A DNA stretch of 64,000 nucleotides, taken from NCBI GenBank assembly GCA_031555765.1, contig JAVBUC010000063.1, positions 300 through 64,299 on the forward strand. The letters run 5' to 3'. A program made the translations under genes and the position numbers. Of the stretch, positions 19,683 through 30,128 are shown in pieces. The notes under the pieces were generated by a model, which did no database searches, was not told where the DNA came from, and saw nothing but the letters and a program-made list of their open reading frames with translations. Position 1 is the stretch's first letter, and every line of letters starts with the position of its first letter. This DNA is from Bacteroides sp. (GTDB lineage Bacteria; Bacteroidota; Bacteroidia; Bacteroidales; Bacteroidaceae).

Positions 19683-22600
19683 ATGAAACGAAAATGGCTA
19701 AAGCGTATAGGATGGATACTGGCCACTCCTGTACTGCTTTTTATCATACTGATGATACTTCTCTACGTACCTCCTGTGCAGAATCTGTTGCGAAAGGAGG
19801 CCACGGCTTATGCATCCCAGGCTACCGGCATGCAGATAGAAGTGCGTCGTATCGACCTCCGTTTCCCGCTCAACCTGTTGGTCAGCGGTGTGCAAGTGGT
19901 GCAGGCACCCGATACTCTCCTTACCCTCGAGAGCCTGAACGTACGCGTCAAGCCCTGGCCTCTGTTCAAAGGAAAGGTCGAAGTCGATGGGGTGACGCTC
20001 CGGAAAGGCACAGTTAACTCTGCCCAACTGATAAAGGGCATGCAGATACAAGGCGTACTGGGGCGATTTTCCCTCTATGCCAATGCCGACCTGGGCGAAG
20101 AGGTAGCGGTAATCCGCCAGATAGAACTATCCGACACCCACATCCGGCTGACGATGGGCACCGATACCACCACTACACCGAAAGACTCCACCCAGACAGC
20201 TCTCCGCTGGAACATCGCCTTGCGTGAGCTGAACCTGAAAAATGTCTCCTTCCAGATGCAGCAACCCGATGACTCCGTAAACGTAGGAGCTCATATCGGC
20301 GAAGCTATGCTGAAGAATGCCGATGCCGACCTGGGGCGGCAGGTGTACGGTTGGCAACAATTCCTGCTCAGCGGGGCCTCTGCCTCGTACAATGTAGGAA
20401 AAGCAGACGGTGCGGTCAAAGGGTTTGATCCGTCGCACATACAAGTGCGTGATTTCCGTCTGGCACTCGACTCCATCTTCTATCAAGGAACCCATGTCAA
20501 CGCCCTGATCCGCGAATGTTCGCTCAACGAACGCTCCGGGCTGAGCATCGACACCCTGACCGGGCGCATCCGCTCCGACGAGAAAGGCATAGAAATACCC
20601 TACATCCGGTTCAAGACGAACCATTCCGAGATGAACTTCTCCATGAAAACCGGGTGGGACCTGGCTCATATCCTTACCTCGGGCGAACTCTCCACTCAAT
20701 TCAATGCGTATATAGGTAAGCAGGATGTGATGCTGCTGGCCGGTACCATGCCCGAAGCCTTCCAAACCGAATATCCCTTCCGCCCGTTAGTTGTCCAGGC
20801 CGGGGTAGAGGGAAGCCTTGACCGCATGCGTATCTCCCAGCTTCGGGCCGACTTGCCGGGAGCGTTCTCCCTGCGTGGCGGTGGCGAACTGCTGCACATC
20901 ACCGACAGTGTGAACCGCCGGGTACAGGTGGATATCAATGCCGTGACGGGCAATCTGCACTTCCTCACGTCGCTCACCGGAATGGGAGCACGACTGGCGA
21001 TCCCTGACAGCATCCGGCTGAAAGCCCGCTTAGGCATGGAAGGGAAAACCTATCAGGCCAACGTGGAACTGCAAGAGGGCCGTGGAGCCATGCTGCTCGA
21101 CGGGCGTTTTGACGGGGCTACCGAAGCTTACCAGGCCGACCTGAAAGTGACCGATTTTCAGCTGCACCACTTCCTCCCTCAGGACTCCATTTATGAGTTT
21201 GCCGCATCCGCTTCGGTGAAAGGGCAGGGAGTGGATGTCACCTCGCCACGCTCCCAGGCCACCGTCCAGGCCACGGTCGACACCCTGCATTACGACCGTT
21301 ACCACCTGGCCAATGTGCAGTTGGACGGCACGCTGAAGAACGCCGTTGCCACCGCCCACTTAGTGTCCGACAACGCATTGATGCAGCTCACCGTCGATGG
21401 CGAATACAACCTGGGCCACACATATCCCGACGGGAAGGTCAAGATAGATGCCACCCGGATCAACCTGTACGAGATAGGCTTACTCCCCGAACTAAAGAGA
21501 CGCCCGTTGGTATTCCGGCTCGAAGCCGAAGCCCGCAAGGATTCCATTGCCGCCAAGCTCACTTCGGGCGACCTATCGCTCGACTTCAAGGCCGGCTCCG
21601 GAGTTAATCCGCTCATGAAGCAAAGTGAGAAGTTCGTAGCTCTGCTCCTGGCACAGGTGAAGAACAAGCTCCTCGATCACGCCGCCTTGCGCCGCGAGCT
21701 GCCTACTACCCGCCTCACTTTTACTGCCGGAAAGGAGAATCCGCTGGCCTGGTACCTGGCCGACAGTAAGATTAGCTATAACAATACGTCGGTTCGCTTT
21801 AACACCTCGCCCCAACGAGGCATCAACGGGCGGGCCACGGTCAACTCCCTGAAGATTGACACCCTGCAACTCGATACGGTTTACATTGCCGCCCGGCAGG
21901 ATACCTCGCATGTCCGTATTCGCGGTGCGGTGATCAATACTGCGAAGAACCCGCACATCTCCTTCAAGGCTGGTGTCACGGGCGAGATACGTACCGGCGA
22001 TGCTGAATTGACGGTAGACTTTGAGAATGCCAAGGGCGAAACAGGCTTGCTGCTCGGCGTGCGCGCCCGTCCGCGCCGCAGTGGCGACGGGTTGGTGATC
22101 AACGTCATCCCGGACAATCCCATCGTGGCTTTCCGTAAATTCAAGTTCAAGGAGAATAACAATTGGCTCTACCTGCATAACAATATGCGCGTTTATGCCA
22201 GCATTGATATGGAGGGCACGGAAGGTACCGGCTTCAAGATGCAGTCGGTCCGCGAAGATACCGTTTCGCTCCAGAATATGAACGTCGAGATCACCCGCAT
22301 CCGGCTGAGTGAGTTGAGCGAGCTCTTACCTTACCTCCCCGATATATCCGGTCTGTTCTCTGCCGAGGTGCATTACGTGCAGAAGCCCGCCTCTCCGTTC
22401 GAGATATCGGCCGAGGCTACCATCGACGAGCTGACGTACGAGAAGCAACGCATCGGCGATGTCACCCTGGGTGCCACCTGGCTGCCCGGCGAAGGTGGGA
22501 AGCAGCACATCAATACCTACCTCACGCACGAGGACGAAGAGATACTGACGGCCGACGGGGCACTGTATCCTGTCGGAATCACCCGGGACAGCATTGTGGT

Positions 22601-24158
22601 AAACGCCAACGTGGAACACTTCCCGCTGAGCATAGCCAATGCCTTCGTGCCCGACCAGGTGGTGAAGCTCAGCGGCGACCTGGACGGCGAACTGCACCTC
22701 ACCGGAAGCAGTGCCAAGCCGTTGCTCAACGGGCAGTTGCTACTGGACAGTGTATCCGTCTATGCCCGCCAGGCAGGTGCCCGCTTCACGTTCGACGACC
22801 GCCCGATGAAGGTGGAGAACAGTCGCGCCGTGTTCGATAAGTTTGCCATCTATACCACCAGCAAGAACCCGTTTACCATCGACGGTTATGTAGACTTCCG
22901 CGACCTGAACAAGCCCACGGCCAATCTGAAGCTGGACGCCAAGAACTATACCCTGCTCAATGCCCCCCGTACCCGCGAGAGTCTGGTGTACGGCCGGGTG
23001 TATGTAGACTTCAACTCCACCCTGCGCGGCCCGCTCAATGCGCTGGTGATGCGGGGCAACATGAACCTGCTGGGCAATACCGATGTGACCTATGTACTTA
23101 CCGACTCGCCCCTCTCCGTGCAGGACCGTCTGGGCGACCTCGTCACCTTTGTCTCGTTCAGCGATACCACTTCACTCCGGAAAGCCGAAGAACAGCAAAT
23201 ATCACTCGGCGGCATGGACCTGATGATGACCATACACGTGGAGCCCGCCGTACGCCTCAAGGCCGACCTCAGTGCCGACCGCAGCAGCCGGGTAGAACTG
23301 ATGGGTGGTGGCGACCTCTCACTGAAATACTCTCCACGCGGCGACATGACCCTCATCGGACGGTACACCCTGAGCGGGGGGATGATGAAATACGCCCTGC
23401 CCGTTATCCCGCTGAAAGAGTTCCAGATCAAGAGCGACAGTTACGTGGAGTGGACAGGCGACCTGATGGACCCGATGCTTAACTTCCGCGCCACCGAACG
23501 GACACGCGCTTCCGTGGCCAATGACGACGGCTCGTCACGCATGGTCAACTTCGACCTCTCTGTGGTGGTGAAGAACCGGCTCGATAACCTCTCGCTGGCC
23601 TTCGAGATCGAAGCCCCCGACGATACAGGAATTCAGTCCGAACTCGCTTCGAAAGGAGCCGACGAACGGAATAAACTGGCGGTCATGATGCTTGTCTCCG
23701 GGATTTATATGCCCGATGTGGGGAAGACCAGCGGTGGTGGAATCAATGCGGACAACATCGTGGGCAGTGCGCTGTTCAGCCAGTTCAACTCGATGATGAG
23801 CAATACCATCAAAGGGGGCAGTATCGCCCTCGGAATGGAAGGACGCGACGGCTCGGACGGACGGCAGACCGACTTCACCTTCAAGTACTCCCAACGCCTC
23901 TTCAGCGACCGTGTGCAGGTGGTGCTCGGAGGCCGGGTATCCACCGGAAGCAATGCCCAGAACGATACCGAGTCCTTCATCGACAACATCTCCGTGGAAT
24001 ATCGCCTCGATGCTGCCGGAACCCGGTACATACGCGTGTTCCATGACAAGACGTACGATAACCTCGACGGCGAGATCACCGAGACAGGCGTCGGCCTGGT
24101 GCTCCGCAAGAAGCTCGACCGCCTGAGCGAATTGTTTATCTTTAAAAAGAAGAAGTAG
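19683..24158 (+). CDS. tamB: Translocation/assembly module TamB (DUF490) protein
   Basis: ~1490 aa beta-rich protein with N-terminal TM anchor (PPVQN), adjacent to an Omp85 gene; start placed at ATG 19683. Confidence 0.88.
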   Translation: MKRKWLKRIGWILATPVLLFIILMILLYVPPVQNLLRKEATAYASQATGMQIEVRRIDLRFPLNLLVSGVQVVQAPDTLLTLESLNVRVKPWPLFKGKVEVDGVTLRKGTVNSAQLIKGMQIQGVLGRFSLYANADLGEEVAVIRQIELSDTHIRLTMGTDTTTTPKDSTQTALRWNIALRELNLKNVSFQMQQPDDSVNVGAHIGEAMLKNADADLGRQVYGWQQFLLSGASASYNVGKADGAVKGFDPSHIQVRDFRLALDSIFYQGTHVNALIRECSLNERSGLSIDTLTGRIRSDEKGIEIPYIRFKTNHSEMNFSMKTGWDLAHILTSGELSTQFNAYIGKQDVMLLAGTMPEAFQTEYPFRPLVVQAGVEGSLDRMRISQLRADLPGAFSLRGGGELLHITDSVNRRVQVDINAVTGNLHFLTSLTGMGARLAIPDSIRLKARLGMEGKTYQANVELQEGRGAMLLDGRFDGATEAYQADLKVTDFQLHHFLPQDSIYEFAASASVKGQGVDVTSPRSQATVQATVDTLHYDRYHLANVQLDGTLKNAVATAHLVSDNALMQLTVDGEYNLGHTYPDGKVKIDATRINLYEIGLLPELKRRPLVFRLEAEARKDSIAAKLTSGDLSLDFKAGSGVNPLMKQSEKFVALLLAQVKNKLLDHAALRRELPTTRLTFTAGKENPLAWYLADSKISYNNTSVRFNTSPQRGINGRATVNSLKIDTLQLDTVYIAARQDTSHVRIRGAVINTAKNPHISFKAGVTGEIRTGDAELTVDFENAKGETGLLLGVRARPRRSGDGLVINVIPDNPIVAFRKFKFKENNNWLYLHNNMRVYASIDMEGTEGTGFKMQSVREDTVSLQNMNVEITRIRLSELSELLPYLPDISGLFSAEVHYVQKPASPFEISAEATIDELTYEKQRIGDVTLGATWLPGEGGKQHINTYLTHEDEEILTADGALYPVGITRDSIVVNANVEHFPLSIANAFVPDQVVKLSGDLDGELHLTGSSAKPLLNGQLLLDSVSVYARQAGARFTFDDRPMKVENSRAVFDKFAIYTTSKNPFTIDGYVDFRDLNKPTANLKLDAKNYTLLNAPRTRESLVYGRVYVDFNSTLRGPLNALVMRGNMNLLGNTDVTYVLTDSPLSVQDRLGDLVTFVSFSDTTSLRKAEEQQISLGGMDLMMTIHVEPAVRLKADLSADRSSRVELMGGGDLSLKYSPRGDMTLIGRYTLSGGMMKYALPVIPLKEFQIKSDSYVEWTGDLMDPMLNFRATERTRASVANDDGSSRMVNFDLSVVVKNRLDNLSLAFEIEAPDDTGIQSELASKGADERNKLAVMMLVSGIYMPDVGKTSGGGINADNIVGSALFSQFNSMMSNTIKGGSIALGMEGRDGSDGRQTDFTFKYSQRLFSDRVQVVLGGRVSTGSNAQNDTESFIDNISVEYRLDAAGTRYIRVFHDKTYDNLDGEITETGVGLVLRKKLDRLSELFIFKKKK

Positions 24159-24188
24159 CTTCGCCGAAGCTAAGACAGATATACCGAC

Positions 24189-26564
24189 ATGAAGAAGAAA
24201 CGGGAATACATACGCAGAAAGATACAGACAACGGCCATAGCCGGTGCGGTCATCGGCTGGCTGGCGGTGATGTGCGGCCTTTCGGGCTGCTCCACCACCA
24301 AGCATCTGCCCGAGGGCGAAGTGCTTTATACCGGCTACAAGACCACCGTGAACGACCGCTCCGAAACCAAGACGGGAGTCACGGCGATGGACGAGGTCGA
24401 CGCTGCCTTGGATAAAGATCCCAGCACAAAGATGTTCGGCGTGCTTCCCATACCTATTAAAGTGTGGGCGTACAACCGCTTCGTCCGTTACGACAAAGGC
24501 TTCGGCCGGTGGATGTACAACCGTTTTGCAGCCGATCCGCCCGTCTTCATCTCTGCCGTCAACCCCGAAGTGCGTGCCAAGGTAGCCACCAACATCCTGC
24601 GCGATTACGGCTACTTTAACGGAACAGTGAAGTCGGCTGTTATCCCGGACGATGGGAAGGACAGCCTGAAGAAAGCCTCCGTGGCGTACACCGTCGATAT
24701 GCGCAATCCGTATCACGTGGACACCGTCTATTACGAGAACTTCAACCGGCGGATGCTCACTTTGATGGAACGTGGCCGACGACGCACCCTGATCAAGCCC
24801 GGCGACCAGTTCAATGTCACCCTGCTCGACGAGGAACGCTCCCGCATCAGCACCCAGCTTCGCAACCGGGGGTATTATTATTTCCGCCCCGATTACTTTA
24901 CCTACCAGGCCGATACCACCCTTGTCCCCGGCGGGCACATCAGCCTGCGGCTTATCCCTGTGCCCGGTTTGCCGGATGCTGCAAAGAAGCCTTACTACGT
25001 GGGCAATACGGATGTTTACCTTATGGGCAAGGGCGGCGAAGCTACCAACGACAGCCTGCACTACAAGGACATTACCATACATTATTATAATAAGCTGGAA
25101 GTCCGCCCTAAGATGATGTATCGCTGGCTACACTTCCAGGCCTATGCGCGGAACGACTCCGTCCGTGCCGATCAGCAGACCGGGCTCTACAGTGAGTACC
25201 GCCAGAAGCGTATCCAGGAACGTATCGCCCAACTCGGCATCTTCCGGTATATCGACATGCAGTACGTACCGCGCGATACGACCAACGTCTCCGATACGCT
25301 CGACCTGAACGTGCACGCTACCTTCGATAAACCCTACAACGCCCAGCTGGAACTCAACGTGGTGACGAAGAGCAACGACCAGACCGGTCCCGGTGCTGCC
25401 TTCACCCTTGCCAAGAACAATGTCTTTGGTGGTGGTGAAACGTGGGACATCAAGCTCAAAGGTTCCTACGAGTGGCAAACCGGCGGAGGCGATAACAGCT
25501 CGCTGATGAACAGTTGGGAATACGGAATATCGTCCTCGCTTACCTTCCCGCGGGTGCTTCTTCCCCGGTTCGGCAAGCATGAGTACGACTTCCCTGCCAC
25601 GACCACCTTCCGCGTGTATGCCGACCAGTTGAACCGGGCCAAGTACTACGAGTTGCTCAGCTTCGGCGGTAGCGTGGCGTACAACTTCCAGCCCAAGCGG
25701 GTGAGCCGGCACAGTGTGCTCCCGTTCCGCCTGTCGTTCAACGTATTGCAGAACGAAACCGATGCGTTCAAGGAGAAAGTCAAGGATAACCCGTCGCTCT
25801 ACAGCAGTCTGCGCAACCAGTTCATTCCGGCCGTAGAGTACATCTATACGTATGATAACTCCACGGTGCGTGGCGTGAACAATCCCATCTGGTTCCAGGC
25901 CGATGCCACCTCGGCAGGTAACATCACCTCGGTCATCTACAAGCTGGCAGGCCGCGACTTCAATGAGAAGAACAAAGAATTCATCGGCACCCCTTTCGCC
26001 CAGTTCCTGAAACTCAATACCGAGTTCCGTTACCTGTGGAAGATAGACAAGAACCAGAGCATCGCCACCCGCTTCACTGCCGGAGTGGTCTGCGCCTACG
26101 GCAATGTCGATGTGGCTCCTTACAGCGAGCAGTTCTACGTGGGAGGGTCCAACAGCTTGCGTGCTTTCACCGTACGTAGCATCGGTCCCGGCGGTTACCA
26201 ACCTGCCGATAGTGCCTACATAGACCAGACGGGCGACATCCGTCTCGAAGCCAACGCTGAGTACCGTTTCCGCATCCTGGGCGACTTGCACGGAGCTGTC
26301 TTCGTCGATGCCGGCAATGTGTGGCTGCTGCGCGAAGATGCCGACCGTCCCAACGCCAAGTTCTCGTTCAAGGACTTCGCCAAGCAGATCGCCGTCAATA
26401 CCGGTGCCGGTATTCGTTATGACCTCGGTTTTCTGGTGTTCCGTTTCGACTGCGGTGTGGCCCTTCATCTTCCATACGATACCGGACGAAAGGGATATTA
26501 CAATATCACCGGGTCATTCGGGAAAAGTTTAGGTTATCATTTTGCCATCGGATATCCCTTCTAA
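24189..26564 (+). CDS. BamA/TamA (Omp85) family lipoprotein, TamL-like
   Basis: Lipobox LSGC, POTRA-like segments, GGSNSLRAF lid motif, terminal FAIGYPF. Confidence 0.9.
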   Translation: MKKKREYIRRKIQTTAIAGAVIGWLAVMCGLSGCSTTKHLPEGEVLYTGYKTTVNDRSETKTGVTAMDEVDAALDKDPSTKMFGVLPIPIKVWAYNRFVRYDKGFGRWMYNRFAADPPVFISAVNPEVRAKVATNILRDYGYFNGTVKSAVIPDDGKDSLKKASVAYTVDMRNPYHVDTVYYENFNRRMLTLMERGRRRTLIKPGDQFNVTLLDEERSRISTQLRNRGYYYFRPDYFTYQADTTLVPGGHISLRLIPVPGLPDAAKKPYYVGNTDVYLMGKGGEATNDSLHYKDITIHYYNKLEVRPKMMYRWLHFQAYARNDSVRADQQTGLYSEYRQKRIQERIAQLGIFRYIDMQYVPRDTTNVSDTLDLNVHATFDKPYNAQLELNVVTKSNDQTGPGAAFTLAKNNVFGGGETWDIKLKGSYEWQTGGGDNSSLMNSWEYGISSSLTFPRVLLPRFGKHEYDFPATTTFRVYADQLNRAKYYELLSFGGSVAYNFQPKRVSRHSVLPFRLSFNVLQNETDAFKEKVKDNPSLYSSLRNQFIPAVEYIYTYDNSTVRGVNNPIWFQADATSAGNITSVIYKLAGRDFNEKNKEFIGTPFAQFLKLNTEFRYLWKIDKNQSIATRFTAGVVCAYGNVDVAPYSEQFYVGGSNSLRAFTVRSIGPGGYQPADSAYIDQTGDIRLEANAEYRFRILGDLHGAVFVDAGNVWLLREDADRPNAKFSFKDFAKQIAVNTGAGIRYDLGFLVFRFDCGVALHLPYDTGRKGYYNITGSFGKSLGYHFAIGYPF

Positions 26565-26635
26565 TTAACAATTTTGCCTATCTTTGCAGCGATTTCGTGA
26601 AAGACATCACTAACCCACTAATTAATAACAATCTT

Positions 26636-27538
26636 ATGAAACCTACTTTATTTGTACTCGCTGCCGGTATGGGCAGCCGTTACGGGGGTCTGAAACAGAT
26701 GGATGGTCTGGGACCCAATGGAGAAACAATTATGGACTACTCTATCTACGATGCTATCCGCGGAGGATTCGGCAAAGTAGTTTTTGTGATCCGTAAAGAT
26801 TTCGAACAAGATTTCCGTGAGAAAATTCTGAGCAAATACACTAACCACATCCCGGTAGAGCTTACCTTTCAGGCGTTGGACAACCTGCCCGCAGGCTTCA
26901 CCTGTCCGGCCGACCGCGTGAAACCGTGGGGAACCAACCATGCTGTGCTGATGGGTAAGGGCGTGATCAACGAACCGTTTGCGGTGATCAATGCCGACGA
27001 CTTCTACGGACGTGACAGCTTCGCCGTTCTGGGCAAGCAACTCACCGAGATGGAAGGCAAGGCTAACGACTACTGCATGGTAGGCTATCGCGTGGGCAAT
27101 ACCCTGAGCGAAAGCGGCTCTGTAGCCCGTGGCGTATGCGAAACGGATGCTGACGGTTACCTGACCACGGTCGTAGAGCGCACCGCCATTGAACGTATCG
27201 ACGGTAAAGTTTCGTTCAAAGACGAGAACGACCAGATGGTAACCATCGCCGACAACACCCCGGTATCGATGAACATGTGGGGCTTCACTCCCGACTACTT
27301 CGCCCATTCGGAAGAATACTTCAAAGAATTCCTGGCAGCCAACATGGAGAACCTGAAAGCTGAGTTCTTCATCCCCTTGATGGTGAACAAGCTCATCGTA
27401 GAGAACACCGCCCGTGTGAAGGTGCTCGATACCACCAGCAAATGGTTCGGCGTAACGTATGCCGAAGACCGCCCCGACGTGGTAGCCAAGATACAAGCAC
27501 TGGTAGATGCCGGCGAGTATCCTGCCAAGTTATTCTAA
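26636..27538 (+). CDS. Sugar-phosphate nucleotidyltransferase
   Basis: LAAGMGSRYGGLKQ, KPWGT, INADDFYG; start moved to ATG 26636. Confidence 0.9.
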   Translation: MKPTLFVLAAGMGSRYGGLKQMDGLGPNGETIMDYSIYDAIRGGFGKVVFVIRKDFEQDFREKILSKYTNHIPVELTFQALDNLPAGFTCPADRVKPWGTNHAVLMGKGVINEPFAVINADDFYGRDSFAVLGKQLTEMEGKANDYCMVGYRVGNTLSESGSVARGVCETDADGYLTTVVERTAIERIDGKVSFKDENDQMVTIADNTPVSMNMWGFTPDYFAHSEEYFKEFLAANMENLKAEFFIPLMVNKLIVENTARVKVLDTTSKWFGVTYAEDRPDVVAKIQALVDAGEYPAKLF

Positions 27539-27562
27539 GATAACACTCTCTCGCGACTCTAT

Positions 27563-27595
27563 ATTCCCTTCTCCCTGCCGGAGAAGGGAATTTTT
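27563..27595 (+). terminator. Intrinsic terminator
   Basis: ATTCCCTTCTCC...GGAGAAGGGAATTTTT. Confidence 0.85.
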
Positions 27596-27601
27596 ATTAG
27601 T

Positions 27602-27814
27602 AACTCCAATATCTCGGCTCCCACCGGTGCTACAAAATATGCAGGTTCCATAGTTGGGTATAATATCCTCGATCAAGGCATATATGGGCGGGTATATTCT
27701 TGTAACTAAAGTACCGGCGCAGCTACCGCCCTTCCGCTTATTGGAGGTGGTGATATTGAAGATCCTCTACCTACATGTCCCAGTCCGGGTATACATCCGC
27801 ATCTGCAGCCATAG
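27602..27814 (+). pseudogene. 3' remnant of a GLUG-type/fimbrillin adhesin gene
   Basis: Frame reads NSNISAPTGATKYAGSIVGYNILDQGIYGRVYSCN*STGAATALPLIGGGDIEDPLPTCPSPGIHPHLQP*; no start codon, internal TAA at 27707; resembles Bacteroidales fimbrillin C-termini (from memory). Confidence 0.55.
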
Positions 27815-27822
27815 GCTAAACT

Positions 27823-28380
27823 TAATAGGATTATCAAAATGTCAGGAGTGACATTTTGATAATCCTATGCCCTCTACATTCGCGGCGTTCGTATCCCGAT
27901 AGCTCGTGAGGGGAAAAAATCGCAGCATTTTGCCCTTTGTTTTTTCAGTATGATTGTTTGTTTTCTGATTTTCTATCAAATAGATGTTTGATTGGGCTTT
28001 TTGTAATGACTGGCGTTTAAGTAATCGAAAGGAATGCATTGATTTGATACTGTTTTCTTGCTTGAAAAAGCAAAGAAAAAACTGTAAATAGAAGTTAAAA
28101 GGGGATGAGTGGGAAGTAGAATCTCGTTGTCTAAAGACCTGCAGATCGTTGAGTTAGGGCCAAAGGTCCGTTGCTCTACGACCAACGGTTCTTTCCTCGT
28201 AGAACAAGGGGGCGTTGCTCTACGAGGGAAACCGTATGTTTAACCGGAAATCATCTCGAAAACAAGCTGTTTCTGTATGTTAATGCGGTATATTTATGCG
28301 TCGTATCTCGTAGAAGTGTGTCGGAAGAGAAAATGTGCGTAAGCAATCAGTCCGATATCAGATAATATGGTAAGCTAAAT
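27823..28380. repeat. Non-coding scaffold repeat R1 (44-bp palindrome, conserved blocks, 22-bp array)
   Basis: Colinear with 33251-33827 at offset 5427-5429 over ~500 bp; perfect 20-bp inverted arms at 27825-27868. Confidence 0.85.
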
Positions 28381-28544
28381 ATTGGTTTTTGCTTTCATTT
28401 TAATAATTGGTGCGTTCTTGTACCGGCTGGAAGTAGTCGATTGTCCGCTACCGGCAATGGTGCCGCCGGTGGCGAGGATGTGGATGTGTCTTATTCAGTA
28501 ATTTGGACGCGTTTTGTTCAGCCGTTTGGCTTTTTGAGGCTCGA

Positions 28545-29708
28545 CTACTGTCCAGTAGCTGCGGAGTTCTTATACTGCCGGGGAGTCATGCCTATTTTCT
28601 TCATGAAAGCTGCATGGAAAGAAGACAAGGAGATAAACCCACAATTCTTGGCAACATCCTTCACCGTGGCGTTCCGGTCCTGCCTGATGATCTCCTGTGC
28701 TTTCCTGATGCGATAGTCCTGCACCACCTGACTGAAAGAGGCATTGTACTCGTCGTTAAAGAAGCGCGACAGGTACGTGCGGTTCAGCGGCAGCACCTCG
28801 GCTACATCCATCAGCTTGAAATCCTGGTGCGTATACGGCGAATGCTCCTTCATCCATTGCTCGAAAATCTGTTTGTATTCCTCTACATGGTCGGCATATA
28901 CGCTCTTCAACTGGGCGTTTTCGCCCGTTTCGTATAGCTGTAAAGCCGCTTCCTCGTTCATGGTTTCCTTAAAGAAGTGATCTGAGTACGGGTTCTCCTG
29001 AAACAACCCTTTGTAAAACACCATCGCAAAGCAGAACTGTATCACAAGCTGGTGGACAACGTACGGCCAGTAACCCATATTGAACAACATGCACACAAAG
29101 AAGATGCTTATCCCCCAGTTGCCCAGGGCAAAGTATTTCAGCCAACCGATGTTCATCAGCCAGGTATCGGAGAAGTTATCCCGGCACCAGCGGTCGTAAT
29201 AAAACTTGTGCCGCGTCACTACTGATAACAGCCCGTACAGGTAGCCGAAGATCATGCCGAACAACGGAATGCGGAACCAAACATTGAACGAACCTATCTG
29301 CTCCCGAAAGTCGGCAAAGTTGTCCAGCACAGCAACGGGTTCCTTCCTGATGGCCAGTACAATGAAGTAAAAGGCTGAGATGCAAAACCAGGGAACAAAA
29401 AGCAGGACACCCCGCTTCCAATTGATCCACCCCGGACGAATGGTTTCGATGGAGAAAGGAAGCAACGTAATCACCAGCATGGTGCCGAATATCAGGAAAA
29501 AAGGAGAGAAGAACTCCTGCACCAGTATGGGGGCTCCACCTACATACGTCTGTATCAGCCGGTTCAGGTAATCAAGAAACCACCACAGGAAGGTAGCGGC
29601 AAGTATCAGCCGGGACCGGCTGCCGTTGGCGCGCAGAAACATGAAAACAGCTCCAAGCAAGAATAAGGCGGATGAAAGCGTGTTTAATACAAGAATGAGT
29701 TGTTCCAT
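28545..29708 (-). CDS. Membrane-bound AraC family regulator
   Basis: About 7 N-terminal TM helices; C-terminal NRTYLSRFFN...YRIRKA...VAKNCGF.S.SSFHAAFMKKIGMTPRQY. Confidence 0.92.
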   Translation of the reverse strand: MEQLILVLNTLSSALFLLGAVFMFLRANGSRSRLILAATFLWWFLDYLNRLIQTYVGGAPILVQEFFSPFFLIFGTMLVITLLPFSIETIRPGWINWKRGVLLFVPWFCISAFYFIVLAIRKEPVAVLDNFADFREQIGSFNVWFRIPLFGMIFGYLYGLLSVVTRHKFYYDRWCRDNFSDTWLMNIGWLKYFALGNWGISIFFVCMLFNMGYWPYVVHQLVIQFCFAMVFYKGLFQENPYSDHFFKETMNEEAALQLYETGENAQLKSVYADHVEEYKQIFEQWMKEHSPYTHQDFKLMDVAEVLPLNRTYLSRFFNDEYNASFSQVVQDYRIRKAQEIIRQDRNATVKDVAKNCGFISLSSFHAAFMKKIGMTPRQYKNSAATGQ

Positions 29709-30128
29709 ACAGGTGTTTTAGTTACCTGCAAAAGTAATAAAAAACTTCAGACTACATGCAGTGGGTGTTTGCGTAATCTCTGAATGTATGCAGATTGGCG
29801 TTGAAAACAGTTTACTTGTTGATCGTGGATGAGACTTTTGGACGTCGAGAGGGTGGATGTGGGCGTTCTTAGGAGAAACTTGCAATATGCAGCTTTTTAT
29901 TGTATAAATGTGGTTGCAGATGCCAGCTACAATCGGGCAGATATGCAGATTTTTACAATCCAGCATGTTTTGTACAATCCCGTAATCTTTTTATTTGGTG
30001 ATAGACGGTGTGCGGATTAATTTTGTCTGTACCGAATTTCAGTAAAAAAGCCCGTTTTAGAACGGGCTAAAGAGGTTATCTATATTTACATTACCGAATA
30101 ATAATAATAACAGTAAAAACAAACAATT

